Shown: piece by piece, positions 38,353 to 53,572 of the stretch
How the letters are laid out: each line of letters opens with the position of its first letter
How positions within the stretch are numbered: position 1 is the stretch's first letter
Origin: Paramecium tetraurelia
Taxonomy: Eukaryota
Assembly: GCA_000165425.1 (NCBI GenBank)
Contig: CT868023.1
Coordinates: 1-64,000, forward strand
Reading direction: 5' to 3'
DNA: 64,000 bases
Translations under genes and position numbers: made by a program
The notes under the pieces: generated by a model
What the model was told of the DNA's origin: nothing
Seen by the model: the letters and a program-made list of their open reading frames with translations, nothing else
Databases searched by the model: none

Positions 38353-39702
38353 ATGAAGAAAAAAGCTCCTATCAGAAAAAGAATGAATTATGAAGAGGCG
38401 TTGAAAATAGCTGCAAAAGAAGAAGTAATTGATAATGGATGATCAAAGGTGGCTTTTTTTGGTTAATGTTCGAAGTTCAAGGAAAGACCAACTGATCCAG
38501 CTCCAGTTGATAGAGCAATACATTTCCTCTTTTTGAAGGAGAATGTAATTTACTCATTCTTCCACAACTTAGAATGTAGACAGAAAGACAGCTTTACAAT
38601 TTGGAATGCGAAGACTGTGTAAAATTGATAGCACTCGACACTTTGATGGTCCTGCTGATCACAGAATCATGAAGACTAATAAATTACTCTCTGGAGCAGT
38701 TAATGGATGGCATAATGGAGCTGCTGAGGCTAAGTTTGATCTAGGTTCTGGTTATACTATTGATGTTGGCAAACAACAAGACCATAGTTTTCATTAGAAA
38801 AACAATTATCCTATCGATTTAAGAGTGTAAACTTAGGAAAGAGATAAGATCACTATGTAAAGATTTGAGTTCTCTAAGTTCAACACAGAGAGATTGACGT
38901 AAGAATTATGTAAATTAAAAGAGGAAACTCAATAAAAAAATAATCAGCCCAAATTATACGTTGAAATGGCTGGATAAAAGATATTTCATCTTCTGGATCA
39001 AGACAACCATAAACCCTCTCTTCTATAAGAATTTCAAGCTTTCTCAACAATCGAAGATCTAGTGAGATTGCATCAAGTCAAATCACTTGATAAGATTGAA
39101 CCAACCAGTAATCTTCAAGAATCAAGTACCTCAAGATCCAGATAAAGAGCAATGACTAATTTACAAGATCAAAGACATATGCAGTTTTAAAAAAAGAGGT
39201 TGTCTGCATATACAGGGGAGGACTCTTAAAAAATATACAAAAAATTGTTAAAGCAATTAAGATCGGATGACTAAATTGTTATAAGTTCTGGGAAACATAG
39301 AAGAATACAGTATGGGCGATAAATGAATCCTCCGAATACTTCCAGAAGAAATTCACCGTAGTCTTTCTTCTTCAATCTTACTAATAAATAAACAGTTCCT
39401 TCAAATACCAGCATTAGCAATTCGCAATAAAATTTTGATTCCAGTTATAAAAAACCGCTGATTCAACGTAGTCCATAATTAGAAAAAACAACTGTTTATT
39501 TAGAGTAGAAACTAGAAAACTTTATTTAACAAAGACTTATTATCTAAAATTCTAAGTCACTATCTCCAGAAATAGATTGTACTAATTTACAATTCAAAAA
39601 GGATGTAATTCAATTTGTTTAATATTATGTTAGTTATTCAAGTAATTGAAATAAAAAGAAATTTAAAGAATATCGAAAGTAAGAATAAATTCTTAGAGAT
39701 GA
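38353..39702 (+). CDS. Hypothetical protein
   Basis: MKKKAPIRKRMNYEEALKIAAKEE...FGMRRLCKIDSTRHFDGPADHR...SGAVNGWHNGAAE...; short introns restore the frame. Confidence 0.7.
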
Positions 39703-39713
39703 GTATTAAGTTA

Positions 39714-40244
39714 TCATTAATTAATCTTGAATTTTATTGGCAACAACTTAGATGAGGTTTCTGCGGTTGAACCAGTTAGTAAGTTTGATTTCTGTGATGA
39801 CATAAATTTCTAAAGTCCCTGATTTGAAGCTAGAATTACTAGCTCTATTCTATATTGCTCTCCTTTTTAATTTGCTATGAATTGTTATTATATCTATGTA
39901 ATTTCTGTTTAAATCTTCCAAGTTCGATTTCTTTTGTAGATCCTGTAATTTAATTAGCTCTCAACATATCATGAAAAATAGTATTTTCCTGTTTAGTTTC
40001 TTATTCTCACTCTTCATCTTAAAACACTATTAGAATTAAACATTTGCAACCATTTCTTGCAATTTTTTGAATTCATCCTACAATACTGCAATCTATAGAA
40101 TGTGAGCATTTTTACTTCTTTTTGTCCATCCAATTTAATCTATTTGAACTCCATCTCATGATTCTTCTTCTCAGATTCCAGTTGGCACTTCAGTGCATCA
40201 ATTTTAGATAGCATTTCTTAACAAGTTATACTTTTTAGGTACAT
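39714..40244 (-). CDS. Small hypothetical coiled-coil protein
   Basis: MYLKSITCQEMLSKIDALKCQLESEKK... to ...SKLLPIKFKINQ*. Confidence 0.5.
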
Positions 40245-40277
40245 TATTTGTTTAATTACTTATTAATATCATCATAA

Positions 40278-43118
40278 TCATCTTCTGCCCTGAGAAGAAG
40301 CTGAACGTACAGATGATCTAACAGAGGGAACTCCAACAGAAGACGGTTGTTTACTAGGAACAGTGACATTCTTCTCTTAAAAGACTGCATCTATTATGGC
40401 TTGCATTTCAGGGAATTCTTACACTAAATTACTAAAATAGATTAATAAACATATTACAATATGCAGGTCTTAAGTGTCTTATTTAAATTATTTTAAATGT
40501 CTAATTCTAAGGCAGAAATATGTGCATTTGACTCGTCAAGTACAATTCTCCTCTATTACACTTTTGCCAATTTTGAACCCATTATATTCTCAGCTCTATT
40601 GATCTTCTCTTGCTAATCTTGTAATTCCTTCTCCAACTTTTAGAATTGCATTTCCATTTCCCTCTCTTGATTATCCAGAATTTCAATCTACAATAAATAT
40701 TATTAATACTCTATTTTATATTTCAGTCAACCTTCTCATATCTTCATCTATTTCTTATTAAAGTCGTTGCAACTCCTTTTTCTTTTTAAATAGATTCTCA
40801 GATGCCGCTCTGCATTGTTCTTCCAATCCATCTCTATGAGATACTTCTTTCTAAGAAATCCCCTTATTTAAGAAACTGTCTCTGTACTTACTGTTTCTAT
40901 TCTTAAGATGAGACAACGTATTATCTAATGCCTTCAATTCTTAATCCCTCTTTATGATTTCAGCATTCAATTCGTCACCTTTCCTCTGCAATTCCTCTCT
41001 TTCTTAAGAAGCCTTAATGATGTAATAGGCTTATGAATGTTCCTCAATGTTTTGAGTGTCCTACTCTCCATTCGAGGATTTATTCTTTTAAACCAAGGAT
41101 TCGTATTTGATTCTGAGATTCTTCACTCTATTTTATCTCTCAGCCAATTCAACAGCAATTTTGTGTCTTTCCTCTTCAGCTGCCTTGTGTTCAGCCACCA
41201 ACACATCTTTATGTACTTAAATTTCCTACTCTCTCTCTTGCATAGCCATTTCCAATTGATATTTACGATTCTCTAAGTTAAACACTTTATCAACAGCAGT
41301 TGTCACCACCTTTTAAATCTTTTATATTTCTAGTTTCATAAAATCATGTTAAACCAACACTTCTTCCTTTGACTTTACAATCTTACTTAAGTCTTAATAA
41401 GTCATATCATTTTCTAATGTTAATTCATCAATAGCTTATTTTAATTTAGTTTATGATCCTTTGGTGCCTGTCAATTGTCTATCTGTCCCTCTTAAGTCAT
41501 CATCAAGTCTTTTCAAACTCTGCAACAATGTTTTATATTCCTTCTTTTATAAGTTAACCTTCTCTTCAATTTCTTTAATCTCATTTTCCAAATCCTTTTT
41601 CTCTTCCAATAGTACGTTCTCCTTTGGCCCTTGCAACTCTTCTTTCCATCAGTTATATTTGATATTCTGCATTATACAATAATTCTTATTATCTTTAAAA
41701 TTCTTAAATCAATTTATTGATATGGGCTTAATAATTACGACAAGCACTCACATTTGCTTGTATTTCTCCATATAAATTGGCTTCATTTTCTCTCAATTTA
41801 AATAAATCTTGAGTAGCTTTGAATAAGACTTCCTTTTGTAATTTAATTTCCTTATCCAAATCAATCCTTTACTTCTCCAAATTCTTATATCTATCTGATG
41901 CCATACTCCTCTATTTTTCAAACTCCTAATGTTGGATGTCTTCCAACTTCAATTTCTGTTTCTCACTTGCATATTTCTTTTGAGCATTGTTCAATCTCTA
42001 TTTCTTAATAAGGAGTTCTTATGACATCTAAGCCAATCTATTTCTCTTATTTGATAAATCAGTAGCAAAAGCAGAGAGTTGATTCTTTTAAATTTCAACA
42101 TCAGCCTTGAGATTATCAATGGCCAATTCGATATCCTTATTAGATTACCTCTATTATATGATAGTCCTCTCTAGCTGCTGATTTTGAACTTCGACTGATT
42201 TATTTTCTTGCTTTTCATTCATCAATTGAGACTTTCTATTTTCTAGATCTTATTGATTTGCTTTGATTTATGCTTTGATATCAGCATATCTCTCTGATTC
42301 ATCTCTAATAGCTTGATCTCTTCTGGCTATATTGTCAGTGACTTCTTGCCATTATTGAAATAGTTTGTGACGTTCATCATGTTATCTTCTAAATTCTTCT
42401 GCTGTCTTATCCAATTCAATTTAGGCTGTCTAAGTTTCTGTGATTTCTCTATCCAATTCATTTTGTCTCCTGCTGACTTCGACAGTCAATTTTTCAATTT
42501 GCAGATTGAGTTCTTTAATTTTTGCTTCATCTCCTCTCTTGTATTTCTCCATGGTTAGGGAGTCCTCTTCCTTTTGCCTGGCAGCCAAAACCCACTATTC
42601 CAATTCTTCTTGATTCCAATTCATTTCAATTTTGTATTTATCCAATCTCTCATTTCCTCGATAGATGGAATTTTGAACATCATTCAATCTCTCTTGCTAC
42701 TCGATCATTCTAAAATAGGGTATGGATACTATACATCTTTTATTATTTGGTCATTTCATTTTGAAGACGACCAATTTGTCTTTCTGTTATTTATTTCAAA
42801 TGGTCTTCAGTTTCAATTTCTTTGTTTTTTGTGTCGATCTATAAGTAGTATTGAATTGATACCAAAGCCTAAGTGTGAAGTAATTCTTGTTGGATGTTCT
42901 TCAAGTGTTCTGAAAGCACTTTCAATTTATCACTCTTTTCCTCAATTTTGGAGTTGATGTCTCGAATGATGCGTCGTTTTAATTTGATCTAAATATAATG
43001 AGTAGGGTACCTTCTCATTAAGTTCCTTATTGGCTTCGTTGGCATATTCAGGGAAGTCGTCGTCTTCTTCCTCGTTAAGAAGCTCTGGATTTTCATCATT
43101 CTCATTATTGTTATCCAT
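40278..43118 (-). CDS. CCDC39: Coiled-coil domain-containing protein 39 (axonemal 96-nm ruler, FAP59)
   Basis: FPEYANEANKELN, LSEHLKNIQQELLHTQAL, MNWNQEELEQWVLAARQKEEDSLTMEKYKRGDEAKIKELNLQIEKL; Ser-rich tail PSSVGVPSVRSSVRSASSQGRR*. Confidence 0.85.
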
Positions 43119-43243
43119 TGATTATTAATTATATATATAATTTATTTATTCGAGGGTATGTAAATGGCATTTAGTTGTTGAGATTCATCTAATTCCCTAA
43201 ATATTTACTTCATTTAATAGTATCCCATTATTTTATAAATTTA

Positions 43244-45279
43244 ATGACTGACAAAGACACAAAAATCAAATCGCTTGAGATTGAATTAGACAATAGACAT
43301 CAACAAATCCTCGGTTTGGAGGATAAAATAGCTAAATTGCAACAAAGAATTGATCAGAATGCGGATGTAGTTTTGTTCAATGATGTAGGTTGTGGAATTA
43401 TCAGAGAAGATCAAGATGTTGGAAACTCAGAATGTGAAACTGATAGAGAAAAATCAGAGTGATGTGGTGGAGTGGAAGACGAGGGAACGTGAATTTAAAG
43501 TAAAATCATCACCATTTGATAATAGCAATAACTCAAATTGATGTAAGAAGAGTTATCCTCCGTCAAGGCTCAATTGGATGAGGCCAATGATCAATTGAAG
43601 AATGCTCAACCCCAAAATGAGGAAAGCAAAGTGGCTGGATTGCAATAAACTATTCGAGATCTCCAACATGATCACAATGATTTAAGATCCATTAATGATA
43701 AATTACTTTAGAATGCCAATTAATTGTCTATACAGAATGAAACATTGAAAGGATAACTTCTCAATTCAGAAGATCATAAAAAATAATTGTAACTTCAAAT
43801 TTAAGATTTAAATAACAAACACAATCTTGAGTTAGAACAATTGAGATTACTCAATAAAAAACTAGTCTCTGATCTTGAACATAAAGATACTCTCTAAGAG
43901 TAACAGATGGCCAATCTCTTAAAATTGCAATCTCAATTGGAAGCCAAGGATAGCCAAAAAGACGAGGACTTGAATTCCATAACCAAACAAAAAGAGGAAC
44001 TCCTATTGGAAAATGACAATCTCAAGAAATTAAATGAAAAATAACTGCAAGAGATACAGATTCTTACTTAGTAGATCAAATCTCAGAATCAATAGATCAC
44101 AGATAAAGATAAATTGATTCAAGAATTGCAAACTAAAGTAAACTATGAACATAATTAAATGGTCTAACAATAACAGAATGTCCTTAAATTAGAGGATAAA
44201 TTGAAGGAATAAACTGTTTAATTTGAGAGATCAATTAAGGAAAAGGACAGTCAGGTCTAAGACATTAAGAAAAACTATGAAATCAAAATAGCGTAGATTG
44301 AAAAGTAAATAGTATTACTAAATAGGGACAATGCCATTATTTTAGATTAGTTGTAATAAACGAATGATCAGAATAAGGAATTGCTAAGACAAATCAAACT
44401 GTTAGAAACCTAATGTAAGGAGGCAACTCATAAAGAAATGGAAAAGGATAAAAAGTTGATCGATGCCTTGGAAAGAATGAAAAAATTAGATCAAGAGGTA
44501 TAGAGTGCTACTCTCTACTATAGTTGAAAGCCTTGACAAAGTAAAATTCAGGGAACAGAGAACAAATCATATTCTTAGAAAGTGAGTTGAGTAAGGTCAA
44601 AGAATAGAATCGACTGTTACATAGAGAGAAGGCGGAAATTAAAGAAAAATTGGATTTCTTGATTGCCTAATCAAATCGAAAGGGCAAACTCACTGAAATT
44701 GAAGGTTTGAAGAAATAAGTGACTGAATTGCAAATGGAACTTGGATTAATCAAAGAATCACACAAGGTTGCTCAAACTTCACTCAAATCAACCATGGATT
44801 CGGTTTCGTATTTCAAGGGGAGAGTTAAGAAATTGGATTTTGAAAACCATTCACTACTGGATTCTAAAATAAGATTAGAATCTTTGTTCTAAGAATTACT
44901 GGAATCTACCAAAACAAAGAAGAGTGCCTATAGGAATTTGTCCGAAGTGTCTCTTAAACCCCCTTAATCAAATATGATGACTGAGAATGCCTCATCTATT
45001 TTAGATCCCACTTCTGAGAGATTAACTGCCAAGACCAATACGAATCAAGCCACCAGGTCTGGAGATGTGAGATCATTATTTAAAAGACCTATCTAAGTCA
45101 TGAAAATCAGGTCGACCCCCAAGAGATAGTCTCAGCATGATTTCAAAAAGAGTGAACAGGCAAATGATACCAAATAATAAGCCAATAACAATAGTTTTTA
45201 ATAATAGGAGGAGAGCATCCCTAATGATGAGTCATAAAAAATACATCCCAAAGATGACTCAGAAGTTGAAACATTATGA
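43244..45279 (+). CDS. Long coiled-coil protein
   Basis: MTDKDTKIKSLEIELDNRHQQ..., continuous heptads in code 6, short introns, ends DDSEVETL*. Confidence 0.75.
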
Positions 45280-45399
45280 TTAAATATAATTCAATAAGTC
45301 TGATTATTATACGCATTCCACCACCCCACCTATTTACTCGTATTGGCAATTAATACTTGGATATAATTTTATTTATTTGTTTGATCTTAATATATATTT

Positions 45400-46554
45400 A
45401 TGAATAGCAAAGAGAAAATCGCCAAATATAAAGTCAGAGTCAATGATGTTATCTAAAATATGGTCTATGAATTATTCAAAAAACAACCTGAAAATTATGT
45501 AACTTAAATTATTTAACCTAGATTGATTGGATGATCGAATATTTGGAAGTGCGAAGAGCAAAGCATAATGTTAGAACAACACAAAGTCTACAGATCGAGT
45601 ATCATATTTCTTCTGAAGAAGAGAATGCCGAAGATGTGGATGAGTTGGAAAAGGCAGTAAAAAAAGAACAGCAATTTCGTACTTCCGTAAGTGCTGAAGT
45701 CTACGGACTCTACAACAAAAAAGAGGACTTTCAACCTAGAGTCATTCCCAAATCTTAAGATCAGAGGGAAAGAATAGAAAACAAACTGAGTGGAGTATTC
45801 ATGTTCCAAGCACTCGATCAAAATGAAAGAAACATCATCATTGATGCCATGGAAGAAAAACACTTCAATCCTGGAGATTGGATCATTAATCAAGGTGATG
45901 ATGGCAATGAATTGTATGTGGTGGCTTCAGGTCAACTAGACTGTTACAGAAGATTCTCTAAGGATTAAGAACCAAAATTACTCAAGTAATACTAAAGTGG
46001 AGACATGTTCGGTGAGTTGGCTCTTCTATACAATGCACCAAGGGCAGCCTCCATCTAATCCAATACTGAATCAGTACTCTTTGCACTCGACAGATCTACA
46101 TTCAATGCCATTGTCAAAGAAGCCACTGTTAAAAGAAGAGAACATTACGAAGAAGTCCTATCCAAAGTTGAAATACTCAAATCTATCGACTCCTATGAAA
46201 AGACTCAAATTTGCGACGGTCTCAAAGAATAGCACTTTAAGGCCCAAGAATACATTATTAAAGAAGGAGAAGAGGGACACAAGTTCTACATAGTTGTCAA
46301 AGGAAGTCTAATTGCCCTTAAACAAAATGAAGAAGTTCTTAAATATTAAAGTGGTGACTATTTTGGTGAATTAGCTCTCATTAATAAAGTACCAAGGCAA
46401 GCCACCATTTAAGCTGAAGTAAACTTACATCTTATAATTATAGACTGATTGTGTCGTTGTGTACTTAGATTATCAAGCATTCATAAGACTCTTAGGACCT
46501 ATTGAAAACATATTATTAAGAAATGCAGAGAACTACAAGAAGTTTGTAAATTGA
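45400..46554 (+). CDS. cAMP-dependent protein kinase regulatory subunit
   Basis: Inhibitor site RTSVSAEVYG; two CNBDs with FGELALLYNAPRAAS and FGELALINKVPRQAT. Confidence 0.96.
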
Positions 46555-48079
46555 CAACAATATAAAACATATAGATAAATAATTTCATCGCATTGTTAAT
46601 TTATTTTCATCAAGTGTTTCTTTAAATATTTTTATCTTAACAATATTGTGGATGTTATACTTATAATTCCATAAATGAATCAAACATATCACATCCTGAT
46701 TACTGAAGATATATTCAATAGGCTCCCTACTTAATTAAGATTTAAAAGCTGAAGTTGGAGGTGATGTAAATTTTGAATGTTATTTGATAAACAAAAAAGT
46801 AAGTATAAACTCTTTATTATTGTTAAGATCAATTATTGTATTACTTAGAAGATATAGTTTCCAAATTTGTTTTGATAATTCTGCAATAAAGTAAGTAAGC
46901 AAATTAATAGTATTAGTATATTATTGAATTGCTTTACCTAGTTTTAAGTCTTTTACTTATCAATAAGATTTCTAGATTTATATTACTATATTCATTTTCT
47001 AGAGATAGAAGTGAGACTTATATAGTAATTTTAGTGTTGAGAATATCATCAATGAAGGTTGAAACCTTTCCATGTAAAGATATTTTCAATCTAATTTGTC
47101 CTCATTATTATATTAATTATATGTTTCAAGGAATTAATTTTATAAATAAAAGATTTCTAATTTTGTTTGTACTTTCATTTGGTTTAAGATTAATTAGTAG
47201 ATCTATTTGTTTTGATAGATTACTGATATATTTTATCTTAATTTGCATTCCCTTTGTTTTTCTATAGGATACCGCCTAATATGGCTTAAATAACATTATT
47301 TCTTAAAGGTTTCTTTCCTTACAAAAATAATTTGAATTTAAATTTTATTTCATTACCATACATGTTTTCCATTTAATTTTGAGTATCTCCTTAGAAGTAA
47401 TTAAGAAGAGATAATTAAGCTCAACTTAATTATAAAATATTTATATTAGGCTTTATGTTTAACCATATAAAAAGATCCAGTCTTTCTATATAAAAGACTA
47501 ATGTTATTTAAAAATACCCGATCTCTGTTTCTTTGCTCATAAATAGTCTAATATTAGTAGGTTTACTTTGAAATTCTACTGATTAAATAAAAGAGCATGA
47601 AATGATATTAATACTGCAATTCATTATTTAAACTATTACTATTGATTTTGAATTTATTTAATTAGTACAAAATTTCAAAAGGGATAATTTTTCTGAAATT
47701 AATTATATTTTTTTTATTTATTTATACCCAAATTTAAAAAATTTAAACTAATGAAAAAATATTAACTAAATTATTACAAAAAATAAGCATTTAAAGAAAT
47801 GCTTAAGTTTGATTAAGCACCAGTCTGTAAAATTTACTTAACTTCAGCTCTGTAAGATATAATATATGATTATTAATATTCAACCCATAATTAAAATAAT
47901 TAATGGTTTTACAAAACACATGAGATAAACAAAATGCTCTATTTTACGCGAAACATAGACTGAGAAACTTGTTATTTTGCTTAAAACAATCATTTATTAA
48001 TTCTTTTTATAAGAATCAAAAGAAATTGAATAACATTTAATAGAGGCTATCTTTTATGATATATAAACGAATGACTTTA

Positions 48080-49234
48080 TCACTTTAATACCAACTTGAC
48101 TGCCTCTACAATATTGTGTGCTTTAGGGAAACTGAGTTCTTCTAAATTAAACGCATATGGGGTTGGGATGTCAGCACCTGTGACTCTAACAATAGGAGCG
48201 TCCAAATGGAAGAATGCATTAGCTTAAGTTATGAGATTTCATGTACTTTCATTGATGACACTACATATTTCTGCTCCAATTCCGCATTGTCCCCATCCTT
48301 CTTCAACAGTCACAACTCTGTGAGTCTTCTTGATACTTTCGATAATTGTGGTTCTATCCAAAGGTTTCAAGGTTCTGAGATTGATAACTTCGCATGAAAT
48401 TCCCTCTCTTTCCAATTCTGCAGCTGCTAACAATGAAAATCTCAATTTAATTCATTCTCATACTTGACCATTTTAGAAAATGTCACAATTGTCACATCTT
48501 TTCCTTCCCTCATGATTTTGGCTTTTCCAATTGGGATCACGTAATCCTTATCCATCACATTGTCTGGGACCTCAAAAGCCTCGTTGTACATGATTTCATT
48601 CTCAAGAAAAACTACTGGATTTGGATCTCTGACTGCTGCCTTCAAGAGGCCTCTTGCATCATCACAATCGTAGGGAGATAACACAATTAAGCCTGGCACC
48701 TAACTGTACCAAGCAGCAAAGCATTGCGAATGTTAAGCAGCCACTGATGCTGCTGCTCTAAAATAACAATAGATTCAGATTTCATACCCATTAATTCCTC
48801 TAAACACTATAGATGTTCTCAGACCACCTGCACTCATGTAATGCAGTTTGGCTGCTGAATTGATTACATGATCAATGGCTTACATCGCAAAATTGAATGT
48901 CATAAATTCAACAATGGGTTTTAGTCCATACCTATAAAAAGTATGAGGTAAATATTACATTGCAGCTCCAACACTCAAACCTGTAAATCCAGCCTCAGTA
49001 ATTGGAGTATCCCAGATTCTACTCTTTCCAAAACGATCATAGAGACCCTTAGACACTTTATAAGCACCTTGATATTAACCCACTTCCTCTCCTAAAAGTA
49101 TGTCTTCACACATAAATACCAATCAAAAAGACATTTGAATCTCTTTCAATTTCCTAAGCCATTGCACTATTGATGGCTTCTCTGACGGTCATTTTAGCAA
49201 ACCCACTTCTCAACTTATGAACAATTCTCAACAT
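48080..49234 (-). CDS. PDHB: Pyruvate dehydrogenase E1 beta subunit, mitochondrial
   Basis: [81 protein letters not shown]. Confidence 0.97.
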
Positions 49235-50089
49235 GAATTATTTATATTTATGTATATTTCAATTTATATAAATGTAATACAATTATATAAAAAAAGAAAT
49301 AATTTAGAAATCTATTTCTCTTAATTACTACTGATATTATATTTAAAAACCCAAATTTGCTCGATATATGATCAATAAATATATCAATAAGCTATTCCCA
49401 TCAAACATTGTTCTATTTGTAAGCAATAAGGTTTCCTCTATTATTTCGTTATTAGATTAATAAAAATTTTCTTTTTTTTAAAAACCTCCTTCTTACTCAT
49501 TTTGGCTAATTAATTTCAAAAACAATCTTCCTTTGTGCTCTCCTAACGTAAATAAGATTGAATTTATTAAGAAAGTTGTTGTTTTTTACCTACAAGAATG
49601 GGTGTTTGAAAACGACGAATAAGAAAGTTCTTAAAAATATTGACTACTATAGATCTGCTCCAGGTATGTAGAAAAACAAAAATATGGAGATCTCGTTCCT
49701 TGTTTTCTTATGATTTCTCTAAGGAATTCTTGAGAGATGCGTTAGAATATAGTTTTCTTCTATGAATTTTTTTTCAATGCCAATCAGAGACCAAGAGATC
49801 TGAAATTTTACAAGGGATAGACCTTTGTTCCAAATAAAGAGTAAGTGGATCAAAACTGATTAAAAAGATGTAATAATAAGTATCATTATCAGACAATAAA
49901 TTGAAATTTTCTGAAGATTAATTAATCATTTGACTTTAAAAACAAAAATAGTCTCACGTTCTTACCAAAATGGGAAGACTGAACTCATTTATGCAACGTA
50001 ATAAAGGTCTGGTGACACTAGGAATTCGAATAAGAAAAAATTCTAATATATAAAGAATAAAAGAAATATATTTAAAGTATAATTGTACA

Positions 50090-50612
50090 TCAAATTTCTG
50101 TTTTAACATCATTAGAATGCTCAATTTTATAAAAAAGAGGGGGAGGTTAATAGCTGTAGGGTAAGTAAACGAAACTAATTTAGTTTTAAATCATTACTTT
50201 TGACCAAGTTTGGGCAATTACTTCTTAATTAATGTTGCTTAATCTAATTGTTTTTCAACAGTTTTTCTGTTCAACTTTGGTCGTTTTTAGCGTTCCTTCT
50301 TCTTGCCAATTCTTCCTTGAGTTTTGTAAGTCTTCAAAATTGCTTTGGCCGTCGATAACTTAATTCCATTGGCCTAAGCAGCTAATTTGACTGAAACCCC
50401 TTCCTCTAAAACCTGTTTGATTAGGAGATTCCTCCTGTCATCATTAATAACACTGTATTTCTTATGAGGTTCTACGGCTAAAAATAATAAGTACTATGTT
50501 ATTATTTTGAGATTTCAGGTTCAGTTTAGACATTTCTTGTACTGAGTACTTGCAATGGTGGATGAAAATATAAACTTTAACTTTTTGGCAACATCCCAGA
50601 ATAATTAAACAT
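50090..50612 (-). CDS. Small helix-turn-helix putative DNA-binding protein, paralog of 23116-23628
   Basis: KKYSVINDDRRNLLIKQVLEEGVSVKLAAQANGIKLSTAKAILKTYKTQGRIGKKKER; same two intron positions as the paralog. Confidence 0.75.
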
Positions 50613-53572
50613 GAAGATAATATTTACTTTTTTGAAAAATACTCTTTTAATTGTTTTAATGAATGATAAAATAAAGATCCAAACTAAGGAATTGTATAAA
50701 AACGATAAGCCAGGATGAAGCGACAAAAACATCAGCTTCAACTAGCAAATGATGTATGCTGTATGTCGTTCAAATTTTATAATGGAGTTTCGGCTACTAA
50801 TTTTTTTTAATTAAAATCAAGAGAAATTACACAACAACTCTCTGTATCTGAATTATAAATTCTACTGCACATAATCAAATGCTCGACTTTTTGTTTAATG
50901 TATCTTTCTATTGTACTTTTGTGAAGATCAGTTGGTTCAATTATTCTAAATACACAATCAAATATATATAAGAGTTTATAATTTATTAGTTAAATTCAGC
51001 AAATTTGATCAGAATATTATACATTATTTTTGTTTATATAAAAAGACTTTTTCTTTCAATACAACAAAAAATTAATGTATATTTTTTCATTTCTCTATTA
51101 TTATTTAAAAATATAATTGTTCCCATGAAAAAGTATAAAATTATTGTCGATGATTTATATCGATGAATATATTCATCTTCAATTGTTGTCCTTCTTCTCT
51201 TGATCCTCGTCTATTCAAAAATTATTTAATTTAAATAGGTTTTATAATATTTATTATATTTATTATATTTAGCTATTATTTTTAAATTTGAAATAAAAAA
51301 TTAAATTTATACACTATGATTTTGTATTACAAATAAATTTAAACTTCAAAAAAGAGACCCATCTACCTTATTGATTATATAAATAAGCTAGAACAATTAT
51401 AACAACTAGATTGCTTTTCTAATTGGGAGAAATATTTAATTTAAATTTGTAATTTTTTTATAGTCATAAGATCCCAATTAGAAAATGATGTAAAATTTTA
51501 TTTATACAAGATAGTTATATGGAAAATATGTAGCATAATTAATTTGATGTATTTCCATGAAGTTGTGTTCATCTCTTTTCTATATTATAAAAAGGCAGAC
51601 ATGAAATCTCAAAAGTTATCTAATTCTATGAGATTTACAGAGCGAAATATATATATGACATTTTCACTTACATATTTGAAAATGTGTTTCATTCCTGTTT
51701 TTTCATTTCTAGTTATAGAACATAATGATCTCTATTTTTTACTATCAAATAAAAAATTGATTAAATAAGTTTAATTTTGATTTATATTAATTAAAAATTT
51801 AATAATTATATACTCAATCTAAATTAATATAATGTTGTATATTAACTAAAAGATAAAGTTTTATGTGAAATCCTAAAATATCATTGAAAAGATTAACTCA
51901 GATTTAATGAGATATAAAAATCATATTATATTAAGTATGATCATGAATAATTTAAGATTATTGCAAATAATTATATTTCTGAATTTATAGATATTAAATA
52001 GCAAGTTGGTTAGAATATTAATAAATATTTATCATTAACAAAAGATAATTATGCATTCATTTTTTAAAATAAGCTCTCTTGATATATATAAGTTCACCCT
52101 ATCTTATAATTAATACTAATAATAATAACATAAAATGAAACTAAATAATAGAGGATCTAATAAAAAATGGTAGAGGAGTTATAAATTGGGAAAAAAAGAA
52201 TACCATCAAAATAATTAATAAAATAGAAGGTAGAATGGTGATATAAGGGACAATAAAATTTTCAATATTTTGAAGAATAATATTTAAAATATCTTGAGAA
52301 AATAATAGTTATCATTTGAAACATATATATATATCTTAATGGAGCAAATCATTGATCTTATCGATTAATAAGAGAGAAACATCAATTAATTTACCTTATA
52401 AAAAGAAGCAATAGCAAGAAAAATAGAAAAAATAAATTTACAAGTACCATCTTAAAAGACAACTCTGATTTAATACATTTATTTTTCAATTCTTTACATG
52501 ATCATATTATATCTATCCATATTGTTACATTTTAAAAAAAATCCTACCTGCTAACAGAAAATTTATTTAATTCAATCCCTAAGACTTCAGAATAAATAAA
52601 TTTTAGAATAACTCAAAATATTAATTATTTAGCCCACCAAATTACCAAGAATTATATATTGAAAATTAGATTTTATTAATTATTAATAAAGAAGACTACT
52701 TTTCATTAAAGCTAATTGAATTGGCTTATTATAATCTGTTACAGATCATGATATTTAATGAACCAGCTTATGCAGCTTATTTAATGAGTAGAGATTATGA
52801 ATGGATTTAATGATTATTATTTTGATCACTGATCTGGTAATTATTATGATAATTGAACCATTTCTAGGAATATAATAATAGGGAAATCTGAAAAGAGTAT
52901 TAAAATTTTCAAAGAAAGGATAGAGATAAAATAAAAGTATAAATTATTTTGAAACAATTCGCTTTCAGAATTATGTAGGAATACAAGGTCACAATAAACC
53001 AACCATTTGGTTTAATAGTTTAATCAGAATCCTATAGATGAATAACTAATTGGATAATGAATAAATAAGAGAAAAAAAAAATATCTAAAATTAGTCTTGT
53101 TTAGTAAGGAAAGAATGAACATTTACTAACTTTCATTCTAGGAATTGAAATCTATTCTTAGTTGGAGTTAAATAAACGCCATATTTTTAGATAGCGACGG
53201 AAAGTAGAGTAATTAAAGTTGAAACAGAATTCAAGGATATAAATAAATTAAATCGCTGATTATGAGGAAAGCGATAACTACATAACATAAATTTATCCAC
53301 AAATTTAAATATGACTCAAATTTAGAATGTATATCTTTTGAGGTGGCAGAATTTGAAATATGATTTATCGGATGTTATTATACTGAAACTATCTCAAATA
53401 AACATATTGACATAGAACGAGTATTAAAATGTACAGGTCATATTCTGATTCGAAAAGTATGATAATTATTGATATATGTTACTTAGATTTCCAAGGATTC
53501 ATGTTACTTCTAAAAATTAGATTTGCCGATTAGTTAAGCAATGACTATTTAATTAAGTTATTAATAAATATA

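Noticed and set aside
41037..42957. Plus-strand hydrophobic ORFs in the track
   Set aside because: Antisense shadows of the coiled-coil CCDC39 gene
46600..47380. Possible minus-strand gene between PKA-R and PDHB
   Set aside because: All three frames hit TGA without clean introns; likely relic
49368..50050. Plus-strand ORF fragments upstream of PDHB
   Set aside because: No consistent frame or homology
51300..53400. Long AT-rich region with ORF fragments
   Set aside because: No motif I can support; probably pseudogene remnants from post-duplication gene loss
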